NCBI GenBank assembly: GCA_964016885.1
Contig: OZ024761.1
Span: forward strand, 2,604,001 to 2,668,000
DNA: 64,000 nucleotides
Source: Eledone cirrhosa
Lineage: Eukaryota
Direction: 5' to 3'
The notes under the pieces: model-generated
What the model saw: only the letters and a program-made list of their open reading frames with translations
Told to the model about the DNA's origin: nothing
The model's database searches: none
Part shown: in pieces, positions 13,498 to 28,089 of the stretch
Position numbering within the stretch: position 1 is the stretch's first letter
Layout: every line of letters begins with the position of its first letter
Position numbers and translations under genes: made by a program

Positions 13498-13630
13498 GAC
13501 GTCCCAGGTAAGGCACCTGCCTCTTGGCCAGGAGCACTGAGTAAGACCGTCAAATCTTTTCCCATCAATTCTGGACAACCCAGATGGTTCCAAAATTGAG
13601 GGGATGTTTGCCCGGGCCAAAGCTCTTAAG
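13497..13630 (-). mobile_element. CRE-type LINE restriction-like endonuclease fragment
   Basis: RALARANIPSILEPSGLSRIDGKRFDGLT..WPRGRCLTWDVS. Confidence 0.8.
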
Positions 13631-13764
13631 TGGTAATAGGACAGTGTGTGTATGTGCGTGTGCGAGTTTGTCGGCGTTTTTAAGTTAGACATATATATGT
13701 GTGTGTCCCTTTCCTTCCTTTTACACACACATACATATTGTGTGATGGACGAGTGGACAGAAGT

Positions 13765-14340
13765 CCCTCAAATTTATATACATTTGAATGGAGTTCCACT
13801 GAAGCAGTTAGAGAAGTTCAAGTATCTCGAGGCCGTGTTCATGAGTGATAGAATGCAGGAGGGTGAATTAAGTGCAAGAATTGCAAAAGCTGATGCAGTA
13901 ATGCGCCAGCTTCAGCAATCAGAAGGAGGTAAGTGTAAAAGCCAAACTCGCTGTCTTCCTAGTATTCCTGTCAACTCTTGAGTAATGACCGAAAGAATAC
14001 AATTGCAAATAAAAGTGGCAGAAATGGGGTTTCTCTAAAGGGTCTTTGGAGTAACGTTACTCAATAAAGTACATAGCTCAGAGACCAGAGAGACACTCTT
14101 GGTAGAGCCGCTACTTCTCTGAATTGAGAGATCACAGTTCCGATATTATGAGCATGGGGCTAGAATGTCTCAGTAAAGAATCGGTGGACAGATTTTACAG
14201 ACAAAACCAACCGTCAAGAGACCCAGAGGTAGACCCTGAGTAAGATAGTTGGATAACATCCATGAGCTTGGCTGGTCACGCTTTGGGATCCAGCTGCATC
14301 AGTTAGAGATGTTTGCTACTGACAGACTCGCTGGAAGGAG
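13765..14340 (+). mobile_element. Decayed RTE-clade LINE 3' part
   Basis: NGVPLKQLEKFKYL..ELSARIAKADAVMRQL; then IERSQFRYY and KPTVKRPRGRP. Confidence 0.8.
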
Positions 14341-14501
14341 TGTTTGAGAAGGACCCTCTCAGAACTGACAGACTCGCTGGAAGGAGTGTTTGAGAAGGAC
14401 CATTTCAGAACTGACAGACTCGCTGGAAGGAGTGTTTGAGAAGGACCCTTTCAGAACTGACAGACTCGCTGGAAGGAGTGTTTGAGAAGGACCCTCTCAG
14501 A
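14318..14501. repeat. 46-bp tandem repeat x4 at the RTE 3' end
   Basis: actgacagactcgctggaaggagtgtttgagaaggaccctctcaga at 14318, 14364, 14410, 14456. Confidence 0.95.
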
Positions 14502-14755
14502 AATAAGTGGGCGAAGAAGAATTTACTTTTCTATTTACATATATCTATCTGCATATATATTTGCGTATAATACCAATATGCACACTACATATGCTAGGAG
14601 AAAATCGTCCGTGGGTGGTTTTTCTGCTAGTATATATAATATACACAGTTAACAACAATAATTTGATTTAAACTTGAAACATTTGTAACTTTACAAACTT
14701 GTTTTATTACATAGTGTTTGCATACATCTGTGTGTGTATGCATGTATTCATATGA

Positions 14756-14832
<77 letters not shown>

Positions 14833-14890
14833 TTTATATATATATATATATATATATATAAGTATGTTTGTTTTTATATGTCTACTTGTA

Positions 14891-14977
<87 letters not shown>

Positions 14978-15184
14978 GTATATACATATATATATGTTCT
15001 TTACACACATGTGCACATATATATATATAGTGTGTTTATGTATGTATATATGTATGTATGTATTCGTATGTATGTGCGTGTATATATATATAGTTATGTA
15101 TTTATGTTTGTGTTTATATATATGTACTTGTATGCATGTATATATATATATATATATATATATAATGTATGTATGTATATGCTC

Positions 15185-15234
<50 letters not shown>

Positions 15235-15506
15235 GGGTGTGTGTGAAAAAAATTAAGTCATATTTTAATACAATTACGATGGTTTTGACATTACTAATGT
15301 ATCTGAAGGCATCTGTAAATGAGTTCCATTACATTTAGTTTGCTGTCTCTCTCGTTGATATGGATGCTGATGTAAGTATATCTGATATATGGAACTGAAA
15401 CTCTGCCAGTCATTCCTTTACCTACTTACATATACACATACCTTATAGCTTCCACCACCCCAGAATGAATGAAATAAACATAAGAGACAGAAAGAGGTAT
15501 TTTCAG

Positions 15507-15549
<43 letters not shown>

Positions 15550-15629
15550 TTAATATCGTTCATCAACATATTTTTTCATACACCGAAGCTTAGCAATGCA
15601 TCATAACAAACGCTTTTCCAAGGACCACC

Positions 15630-16510
15630 GCATGGAGCTCAAGTGGACTTGGTCTCCCACATGGAGCTCAGGTGGGCTTGATCTCCCACATGGAGCTCAG
15701 GTGGACTTGGTCTCCCACATGGAGCTCAGGTGTACTTGATCTCCCACATGGAGCTCAGGTAGACTTGGTCTCCCACATGGAGCTCAAGTGTACTTGGTCT
15801 CCCACATGGGGCTCAGGTGGACTTGGTCTCCCACATGGAGCTCAGGTGGGCTTGATCTCCCACATGGAGCTCAGGTGGACTTGGTCTCTCACATGGAGCT
15901 CAGGTGTACTTGGTCTCCCACATGGAGCTCAAGTGTACTTGGTCTCCCACATGGAGCTCAGGTGTACTTGGTCTCCCGCATGGAGCTCAGGTGGGCTTGA
16001 TCTCCCACATGGAGCTCAGGTGGGCTTGATCTCCCACATGGAGCTCAGGTGTACTTGATCTCCCACATGGAGCTCAGGTGTACTTGGTCTCCCACATGGA
16101 GCTCAAGTGTACTTGGTCTCCCACATGGAGCTCAGGTGTACTTGGTATCCCACATGGAGCTCAGGTGGACTTGGTCTCCCACATGGAGCTCAGGTGTATT
16201 TGGTCTCCCACATGGGGCTCAGGTGGACTTGGTCTCCCACATGGAGCTCAGGTGGGCTTGATCTCCCACATGGAGCTCAGGTGTACTTGGTCTCCCACAT
16301 GGAGCTCAAGTGTACTTGGTCTCCCACATGGAGCTCAGGTGTACTTGGTCTCCCACATGGAGCTCAGGTGGGCTTGATCTCCCACATGGAGCTCAGGTGT
16401 ACTTGGTCTCCCACATGGAGCTCAGGTGGGCTTGGTCTCCCACATGGGGCTCAGGTGGACTTGGTCTCCCACATGGAGGTCAGGGGGATTTGGTCTACCA
16501 CATGGAGGTT
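15630..16510. repeat. 29-bp minisatellite, about 30 copies
   Basis: Unit catggagctcaggtgtacttggtctccca with a few recurring variants. Confidence 0.97.
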
Positions 16511-16799
16511 AGATGGGTTTGGCCTCCTCCACTTAGGGACGAAACTCAGAAAACCATGCTTCTATGGTTGTTTAGCCTTTTCATTTTATAAGCGAACAAG
16601 TGATTGGTCCGCTGGAAACATGTGACCAACAAAGCTATAGTTAAACAATAGTATAAATTATATTACTATATTATAGAACTGTTGTTTTTAATAATGATAG
16701 TGGTGGCGTTGGATGTATTTTATTTTAGGAGTCCAATAGGAGCTTAACATTGGTATGTCATATATATACCAGGATTACTGGATATATGAACAATAATAC

Positions 16800-16870
16800 A
16801 CAATTGTTTCGCCTTATTCGGACCATCAGCTCGGTCTGAAGATCCGAATACGGTGAAATAATTGTCCTAA
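16800..16870. ncRNA. Back-to-back pair of decayed hammerhead motifs, related to the 9.7-kb family
   Basis: Minus: cgag CTGATGG tccgaataaggc GAAAC aatt GTG; plus: CTGAAGA tccgaatacggt GAAAT aatt GTC. Confidence 0.5.
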
Positions 16871-16894
16871 TAATCTTTCTAATTTGTCATTCTT

Positions 16895-16930
16895 TCTTCT
16901 GACGAAGGACTAGCGTCCGAAACGTTAATA
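16895..16930 (+). ncRNA. Minimal hammerhead, family of 12540
   Basis: tctt CTGACGA aggactagcgtcc GAAAC GTT aata. Confidence 0.75.
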
Positions 16931-17010
16931 TCCTCTTCCTGCTATTTCAAGCGTTAAATTAATATATTTCTTCCATATACTGTACCGTATGTGTATCTGA
17001 GCACCTTTCT

Positions 17011-17051
<41 letters not shown>

Positions 17052-17691
17052 TATATGAATGTACGTAGAGAATATTTGATAATATACTGTATGATTATTT
17101 GAAAACATTTTGAAGACCGCTAACAAGCGAGAAACGGGACTGTGGTGGTATTAATGATTACTTCCCTTTGCTTTAGCCGAGACCAAGTAAGTAACGTAGT
17201 CACTACTTTAAAACTCAGAGCGAATGTTTTTAAATAAACATACAGTATATTATCACATATACTATACATACATTCATATATACATTACTATTTCAGAGCA
17301 CTAATACCAATAAATCTCCCGCAGGAATCTTATTAATTCGTCGAAACTGCAGGAGGTTGATTTCTGACGAGCTTATATTGTTTGTGACCTGTTCGCTTTA
17401 TCCATTCTTTTCCCTCCTTCCTATCTTCTCTTCATTCCTTCCAGCCAACTCACATCGAGCCGCTGATCGCTGTCCTTCCATGTAATATTTTACCCGACGC
17501 CGCTTCGACCGTATTTTTCTATTCTAACAGTTTCCATTCATCGAGTTTCCCCATTTTCCTGAGATTCCTATACACTGGCGTTTCAAAACTCTACTTTCGA
17601 GTTAATTGAACGAGCCTGTTATTTTTATCTAAAGGCATTTTTTCCTATTCCAACCAGTCCGTACCTTCAATCTATCTTATATTTCATTCTT

Positions 17692-17727
17692 TCTTCTCAT
17701 GAAGGACTAGCGTCCGAAACGTTAAGG
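17692..17727 (+). ncRNA. Hammerhead of the 12540 family with G5 to C core mutation
   Basis: tctt CTCATGA aggactagcgtcc GAAAC GTT aagg. Confidence 0.6.
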
Positions 17728-17849
17728 CCCTCTTCCTGCTATTTCAAGGGTTAACATAATATATTCTTTCCATATAATGTAGCGATTGTGTTATTTCTGT
17801 TTACCTTTATTACACACACACACACACATATATATATACACATATATAT

Positions 17850-17886
<37 letters not shown>

Positions 17887-17979
17887 CATATATACATACA
17901 TATATATATACATATATATATACATACATATATACATACATATATATATACATATATATATACATATATATATATACAT

Positions 17980-18061
<82 letters not shown>

Positions 18062-18100
18062 GATATTAATAAATGGAAACTATATTTAAAAAACCATATT

Positions 18101-18165
18101 TATTTCATTATACATATTTCAGGGATACCACATTAAATTATGGTATGCCTTCATCAGACAAAATA
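18101..18165 (-). ncRNA. Type I hammerhead in left arm of inverted repeat
   Basis: Reverse complement of 18288-18352. Confidence 0.7.
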
Positions 18166-18287
18166 CAATATATAACAGTTTTACAAATAGCTTTGACGTA
18201 CCCTTGACGTACCCAGACACCCTCCACAAGTAATGGTTGCATTTTAAAAGGGTACGTCAAAGCTATTTGTAAAACTGGTATATATTG

Positions 18288-18352
18288 TATTTTGTCTGAT
18301 GAAGGCATACCATAATTTAATGTGGTATCCCTGAAATATGTATAATGAAATA
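18288..18352 (+). ncRNA. Type I hammerhead with 30-nt stem II
   Basis: tattttgt CTGATGA aggcatacca..tggtatccct GAAAT atgt ATA atgaaata; 8-bp stem I with two GU pairs. Confidence 0.7.
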
Positions 18353-18391
18353 AATATGGTTTTATAAATATAGTTTCCATTTATTAATATC

Positions 18392-18459
<68 letters not shown>

Positions 18460-18513
18460 GTATATATATATATATACATGTATATATATATATACATGTA
18501 TATATATATATAC

Positions 18514-18587
<74 letters not shown>

Positions 18588-18679
18588 GTTTGTGGATATT
18601 CACGCAAATCCTTTCTAAACAGCTACTCTGATCAGCTCAGGTACCATATGGATTTCAGGCTGCTTTGATGTAATTCGCG

Positions 18680-21600
18680 GCACACACCAACACACACCAA
18701 CACACACCAACACACACCAACACACACAAACACACACAAACACACACCAACACACACCAACACACACAAACACACACCAACACACACCAACACACACCAA
18801 CACACACCAACACACTCTAACACACACCAACACACGCCAACACACACAAACACACACCAACACATACCGATACACACCAACACACACCAACACACACCAA
18901 CACACACCAACATACACCAACACACACTGACACACACCAACACACACCAACACATACCAATACACACCAACACACACCAACACACACCAACACACACCAA
19001 CACACACCAACAGACACCCACACACACCAACACACACCAACACACACTGACACACACCAACACACACCAACACACACCAACACACACACCAACACACACC
19101 AACACACACCAACACACGCCAACACACACTGACACACACCAACACATACCAACACATACCAATACACACCAACACACACCAACACACACCAACATACACC
19201 AACACACACTGACACACACCAACACACACCAACACATACCAATACACACCAACACACACCAACACACACCAACAGACACCCACACACACCAACACACACC
19301 AACACACACCAACACACACCAACACACACTGACACACACCAACACACACCAACACACACCAACACACACCAACACACACACCAACACACACCAACACACA
19401 CCAACACACACCAACACACACCAACACACACCAACACACCAGCACACACTGACACACACCAACACACACTAACACACCAACACACGCCAACACACACGAA
19501 CACACACCAACACACACCAACACACACTAACACACACCAGCACACACTGACACACACCAACACACACTAACACACACCAACACACACCAACACACACTAA
19601 AACACACACCAACACACTCTAACACACACCAGCACACACCAACACACACTAACACACACCAACACACACCAACACACACTAAAACACACACCAAAACACT
19701 AACACACACCAACACACACCAACACACACCAACACACCAACACATACCAACACACACAAACACACCAACACATACCAACACACACAAACACACACCAACA
19801 CACACTAAAACACACACCAACACACACTAACACACACCAGCACACACCAACACACACTAACACACACCAACACACACCAACACACACCAACACATACTAA
19901 CATACACCAAAACACACCAACACACACTAAAACACACACCAACACAAACTAACACACACCAACACACACCAACACACACTAACACACACTAACACACACC
20001 AACACACACAAACACACACTAACACACACGCACACGGTAACACACGCCAACACACACCAACACACACTAACACACCAACACACACCAACACACACCAACA
20101 CACGCCAACACACACCAATACACCAGCACACACTGACACACACCAACACACACTAACACACACCAACACACACCAACACACACCAGCACACACTGACACA
20201 CACTAACACACACCAACACACCAACACACACTAACACACACAAACACACACAAACACACACAAACACACACTAACACACACTCACACGCTAACACACCAG
20301 CACACACCAACACACACCAACACACACCAATACACACCAACACACAGCAACACACACTAACACACACCAACACACACCAACACACACCAAGACACACCAA
20401 CACACACCAATACACACCAACACACGCCAACACACACTAACACACACCAACACATACCAACACACACTAACACACACCAACACACACCAACACATACCAA
20501 CACACACCAACACATACCAACACACACCAACACATACCAACACACACCATCATACACCAACACACACCAACACACACCATCACACACCAACAACACACAC
20601 TGACACACACCAACACACACTAACACACCAACACACGCCAACACACACCAACACACACCACCACACACCAACACACACCAACACACACTAACACACACCA
20701 ACACACGCCAACACACACCAACACACACCAACACACACCAGCACACACTGACACACACCAACACACACTAACACATACCAACACACACCAACACACACTA
20801 AAACACACACCAACACACACTAACACACACCAGCACACACCAACACACACTAACACACACCAACACACACCAACACACACTAACACACACCAACACACAC
20901 CAACACACACTAACACACACTAAAACACACACCAACACACACCAACACACACTGACACACACCAGCACACACCAACACACACTAACACACACCAGCACAC
21001 ACCAACACACACTAACACACACCAACACACACCAACACACACTAAAACACACACCAACACACACCAACACACACCAACACACACCAACACACACTGACAC
21101 ACACCAACACACACTGACACACAGCAACACACACCAACACACACCAACACACACTGACACACACCAACACACACCAACACACACCAACACACACCAACAC
21201 ACACTGACACACACCAACACACACTGACACACACCAACACACACCAACACACACCAACACACACTGACACAAACCAACACACACTGACACACACCAACAC
21301 ACACCAACACACACCAACACACACCAACACACACTGACACACCAGCACACACCAACACACACTAACACACACCAGCACACACCAACACACACTGACACAC
21401 ACCAACACACACCAACACACACCAACACACACCAGCACACACCAACACACACCAACACACACCAACACACACTAAAACACACACCAACACACACCAACAC
21501 ACACCAACACACACTGACACACACCAACACACACTGACACACACCAACACACACCAACACACACCAACACACACTGACACACACCAACACACACTGACAC

Positions 21601-21935
21601 ACACCAACACACACCAACACACACCAACACACACCAACACACACCAACACACACCAACATACACCAACACACACTGACACACACCAACACACACCAACAC
21701 ACACCAACACACACCAACACACACTGACACACACCAACACACACCAACATACACCAACACACACCAACATACACCAACACACACTGACACACACCAACAC
21801 ACACCAACACACACCAACACACACCCACACACACCAAAACACACCAACACACACCAACACACACTGACACACACCAACACACACCAACACACACCAACAC
21901 ACACCAACAACACACACTAACACACACCAACACAC
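18680..21935. repeat. (CACACACCAA)n 10-mer satellite
   Basis: Direct reading. Confidence 0.97.
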
Positions 21936-24900
21936 ACCACCACACTACCACACTACCACACCACCACACTACCACACCACCACGCCAGCACACCATCACA
22001 CTACCACACCACTACACTACCACACCAATACCACCACACGACCACAGCACCACACCACCTCACTAACACACTACCACACCACCACATTACCACACCACCA
22101 CACTACCACACTCCCACACTTCCACAACACGACACCACCACACTACCACACCAGCACACTACCAAACCACAACACTACCACACTACCACAGCACCACACC
22201 ACACAACTACCACACCACCACACTACCACACTACCAGGCCACCACACCACCACACTACCAGACTACCACACCACCACACTACCACACTACCACACCACGA
22301 CACCACCACAATACCACACCACCACACTACCACACTACCACACTACCACACCACCACACTACCACACTACCACACCACGACACCACCACAATACCACACC
22401 ACCACACTACCACACTACCATACTACCACACTACCACACTACCACACCACCACACTACCACACTACCATACTACCACACTACCACACTACCATACTACCA
22501 CACCACCACACCACCACAATACCACACCACCACACTACCACACTACCATAATACCACACTACCACACCACCACACTACCACACTACCACACCACCACAAT
22601 ACCACACCACCACACTACCACACTACCATACTACCACACTACCACACCACCACACTAACACACTACCACACCAACACACTACCACACTACCACACCACGA
22701 CACCACCACAATACACCACCACCACACTACCACACTACCACACTACCACACCACCACACTACCACACTACCACACCACGACACCACCACAATACCACACC
22801 ACCACGGCACCAGCACACCACCACACACCACCACACTAACACACCACCACACTAACACACTACCACACTATCACACTACCACACCACCACACCACCACAC
22901 CACCACACCACCACACCACCACACTACCACATTACCATACACACCTACACTACCAAACCACCAAACAACCACACTACCACGCCACCACACCACCACACTA
23001 CCACACCACCACACTAACACACTACCACACCACCACACTACCACACTACCACACCACGACACCACCACAATACCACACCACCACACTACCACACTACCAC
23101 ACCACCACACTACCACACTACCACACCACGACACCACCACAATACCACACCACCACACTACCACACTACCATACTACCACACTACCACACTACCACACCA
23201 CCACACTACCACACTACCATACTACCACACTACCACACTACCATACTACCACACCACCACACCACCACAATACCACACCACCACTCTACCACACTACCAT
23301 ACTACCACACTACCACACCACCACACTACCACACTACCACACCACCACAATACCACACCACCACACTACCACACTACCATACTACCACACTACCACACCA
23401 CCACACTAACACACTACCACACCACCACACTACCACACTACCACACCACGACACCACCACAATACCACACCACCACACTACCACACTACCACACTACCAC
23501 ACCACCACACTACCACACTACCACACCACGACACCACCACAATACCACACCACCACACTACCACACTACCATACTACCACACTACCACACCACCACACTA
23601 CCACACTACCACACCACCACAATACCACACTACCACACTACCACACTACCATACTACCACACCACCACACCACCACAATACCACACCACCACACTACCAC
23701 ACTACCATACTACCACACTACCACACCACCACACTACCACACTACCACACCACCACAATACCACACCACCACACTACCACACTACCATACTACCACACTA
23801 CCCACACCACCACACTACCACACTACCACACCACCACACTACCACACTACCACACCACTACACCACCACAATACCACACCACTACACTACCACACTACCA
23901 CACCACCACACCACCACAATACCACACCACCACACTACCACACTACCACAACACGACACCACCACACTACCATACCACCACACTACGACACCACGGCACC
24001 ACCACAATACCACACTACCCCACTACTACACACCACCACACTACCACATCACCACACCACCACACTACCACACTACCACACTACCACACCACCACACTAC
24101 CACACCACGACACCACCACAATACCACAACATCACACTACCACACTACCTCACTACCACAACACGACACCACCACACTACCACACTAACACACCACAACA
24201 CCACGGCACCAGCACACCACCACACCGCCACACCAACACACCCACACAACCACACTACCACAGCACCACACCACCACACCACCACAATACCACCACACTA
24301 CCACACCAAACCACACTACCACACCACCACACCCCCACACTACCACACTACCACACCACCACACTACCACACCACCACAGCACCACACTACCACACACTC
24401 ACTACCACACACACACTACCACACCACCACACTAACACACCCCACAATACCACACTACCATACCACCACACTACCACACTAGCACACTACCACACTACCA
24501 TACCACCACACTACCACACCCCCACACCCCCACACAAGCACACTACCACACACCCACACTACCACACTACCACACTACCACACTACCACACTATCACACT
24601 ACCACACTACCACACCACCACACTATCACACCACCACACTACCACACCACCAGACCACCATCTACCACACTACCACACATCACCACACTACCACACTATC
24701 ACACTACCATACGACCACACTACCACACTACCACACACCACCATACTACCACACCACCACACTACCACACTACCTCGCTACCTCACACCACTACACTACC
24801 AAACCACCAAACCACCACACTACCACAGCACCACACTATCAGACTACCACACTACCACACCACCACGCCACTACACCACCACACCACCACACCACCAAAC

Positions 24901-25545
24901 AACCACACTACCACACACACACTACTACACTACCACACCACCACACTACAACACCACCACACTACCGCAACACCTCACCACCACACTACCACACCACTAC
25001 ACTATCCCACCACCACACCACCACACCACCACACCACCACACCTCTACACTACCACACCACAACTCTACCACACTACCACACCACAACACTACCACACTA
25101 CCACACCACAACACTACCACACACCTCACTACCACACTACCACACTACCATACTACTACACCCACACCACCACACCACACTACCACACCACCACACTACC
25201 ACACTACCACACTAAGTTACTACCACACCCACACCACCACACCACACTACCACACCACCACACTACCACACTACCACACTACCATACTACCACACCCACA
25301 CCACCACACTACACTACCACTCCACCACACTACCACCCTATCACACTATCATACTACCACACCCACACCACCACACCACACTACCACACCACCACACTAC
25401 CACACTACCACACTACCATACTACCACACCCACACCACCACACCACACTACCACACCACCACACTACCACACCCACACCACCACACCACACTACCACACC
25501 ACCACACTACCACACTACCACACTACCGCACTATCACACACACTG
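21936..25545. repeat. (CACACTAC/CACACCAC)n 8-mer satellite
   Basis: Direct reading. Confidence 0.97.
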
Positions 25546-25629
25546 ACATAAAATAATTTACTATCTGTCAGGTGACATAAAACAAACGAAAAGAAACGAA
25601 AATCAAAAGAGAGTAAAATAAATCAAACG

Positions 25630-26935
25630 CAGCGACAACAGCAACAACAGTAACAACAACAATAACAACAATAACAACAATAACAACAATAGCAACAGCA
25701 GTAACAACAACAACAACAACAGCAGCAACAGCAGTAAATAGCAACAGCAACAGTAACAACAACAACATTAATAACAACAGTAATAACAACAACATCAATA
25801 ACAACAGTAACAACTACTTCTGTTACATCAATATGAAACACATCTTTGCCTGGAACAACAACAAGAACTATATCAATATAACACAACACATACACATATA
25901 CTCACACACATATATAAGCGCACACACACACACATTGACGCACACACATATTCATAGTCATATAAACACACACAGACACACAGAGACACTGAGGCAAATG
26001 CACACACAGACATGCACATATACACACACATACATACAAACACACGCACACAGGCAAATACACATACATATATGCGCACACACACATACATGCGTACACA
26101 CACGCAAATACATACAAACACACACAGGCAAATACACTCACAGGCATGTACATGTACATACACACACCGACATACACATACTCACACATACATGCATATA
26201 CACACCCCAAACACACGCACAGAAGCAAATGCAAACACACAGAGACAAAGAGAGACCAAGTCGCACAGAAACATCAAAAAGACTACCAAAGATCCACAAA
26301 AGTCCTAATAATACTAATAATAATTGTTTCTACTATTGGCATAATACTAATAATAATGTTATCGAGAAATCAGTTGACTGTAATTTGATAACGAGATAAA
26401 ATTGTTGATTAAATGATAATGTGACATTAGGAAATCAGAATTGTCTGAACGAAACCATAAACACCTCATTACGGATGTTTGTAGTAGTAGTGGTAGTTGT
26501 GGTGGTAGTAGTAGTGGTGGTGGTATTAGTAGTAGTGGTAGTAGTATTAGTGGTAGTAGAGGTTGTAGTGGTGGTAGTAGTGGTAGTGGTAGTGGTAGTT
26601 GTGGAAGTATTGGTAGTAGTGGTAATAGTATTGGTAGTAGTGGTTGGTGCTACTTATAGTTGTGGTGGTATTAGTGGTAGTGGTGGTATTAGTGGTAGTG
26701 GTGGTATTAGTGGTGGTGGTAATGTTAGTAGTGGGAGTGGTGGTATTAGTGGTAGTGGTAGTGATGGTAGTGGTGGTAGTAGTAGTACTAGTGGTGGTAG
26801 TAGTAATAGTGGTGGTAGTAGTAGTACTAGTGGTGGTAGTAGTGGTAGTGAAGTAGTAGTAGGAGTACTAGTGGTAGTAGCAGTGTTAGTAGTAGTAGTT
26901 GTGGTTCTAGTAGTACTAGTGTTAGTAGTAGTAGT
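25630..26935. repeat. (AAC)n, CA-rich and (GTA/GTG)n low-complexity tracts
   Basis: Direct reading. Confidence 0.9.
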
Positions 26936-26944
26936 ATATAGTTA

Positions 26945-27415
26945 CGACCCTTTACGTTTTGAGTTCAAATCCCGTCGAGGCTAGCTTTGCCTTTCATCCT
27001 TACAGGGTCAATAAAATAAAGTACCCGTAATGCACTGGGGTCGATTTATTCTAATTTCCCCTCCCCCCAAATTGTGGTGTCCTCACCTATAATTCTAGAC
27101 CCCTTTTCATGCTCATCACCATCAACTTAGCCCCCCCCCCCCCCCAACCTGATCATCCTTAACTGAGGTCCAGACTTTTCCGAAACAACTCTACCAAAAC
27201 TATTCAATTAGAGCCGAGCAAACAAAGATAAAAAAAGGCGTTTATATATCTTGTAGGGGGCGAATTGGAAAAGTCGGTAGAGCGCCGGATAGAATGATTT
27301 GCAGTATTCGTTCCGCCTCTCTACTCTCTGAGTTCAAATCCCGCCGAGGTCAACTTTACCTTTCGTCCTTTCGAGGTCGATAAAAAAAGTACCAGTCAAG
27401 TACTGGGGTTGATTC
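26945..27415 (+). mobile_element. Two SINE copies (26945-27075 partial, 27256-27415)
   Basis: gagttcaaatccc B-box plus SINE core. Confidence 0.8.
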
Positions 27416-28089
27416 TTCCTCTACATCTCTTTCTCGTTTCCTCTCTCGCACTTTCTCATTTCCTCTCTCGCACTTTCTCGTTTCCTCTCTCTCACTTTCT
27501 ATCTTTCCCTGAGAAATCTGCTGTACTAAGGGCTGGAGAGGGATGGGCTCCGCCAGGATTAAAATGCCCAACAAGCGCCGTATGTCAATACGGTGCCCCT
27601 ACGACTCTATCAGGAGTTAGGGCCCATACATGTCAATACGGCGTCCCTACGACTTAGGGGACCATATATACATATATCTTGTACTCTCCCAGAAGTGTGA
27701 GTGTGCAGCGTCCCTAAAGTCCTGGTTTCTCTTATGCATCCATCTGTATCTAGTGTCCTTACTTTTCAGGTTGAGCACCCGGGCCATGTGCAGTCACATA
27801 AACTGCATGTTGTCCTACGCCAAGTCTTCCCAACCTCTTTTTCTATGACACTCGGCAGAACAAATGTGTCCCCCAACTCACATATCTCACCTACTATCAT
27901 ATATGTATTTATTTTGATAAAGTAACTCAATAACAGATTATCAGCTGTATTGTAGATTAGCCTTATACCTGGTGGAAATCACACCACCACCCATCTTTTA
28001 GCCCACTGTGCCTCTTCCCCATGACGTAATGGACCTATTTAACCCTTCAGCTTAAGACCCCCTGTCCTACGTTCTATCGTCTTTGCCAA

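Noticed and set aside
15672-16625. Repetitive ORFs (HMELRWTWSPTWSSG)
   Set aside because: Product of a 29-bp repeat cycling through all frames
17340-17395. GAAAC..CTGACGA as a type II/III hammerhead
   Set aside because: No pairable stems in the required order
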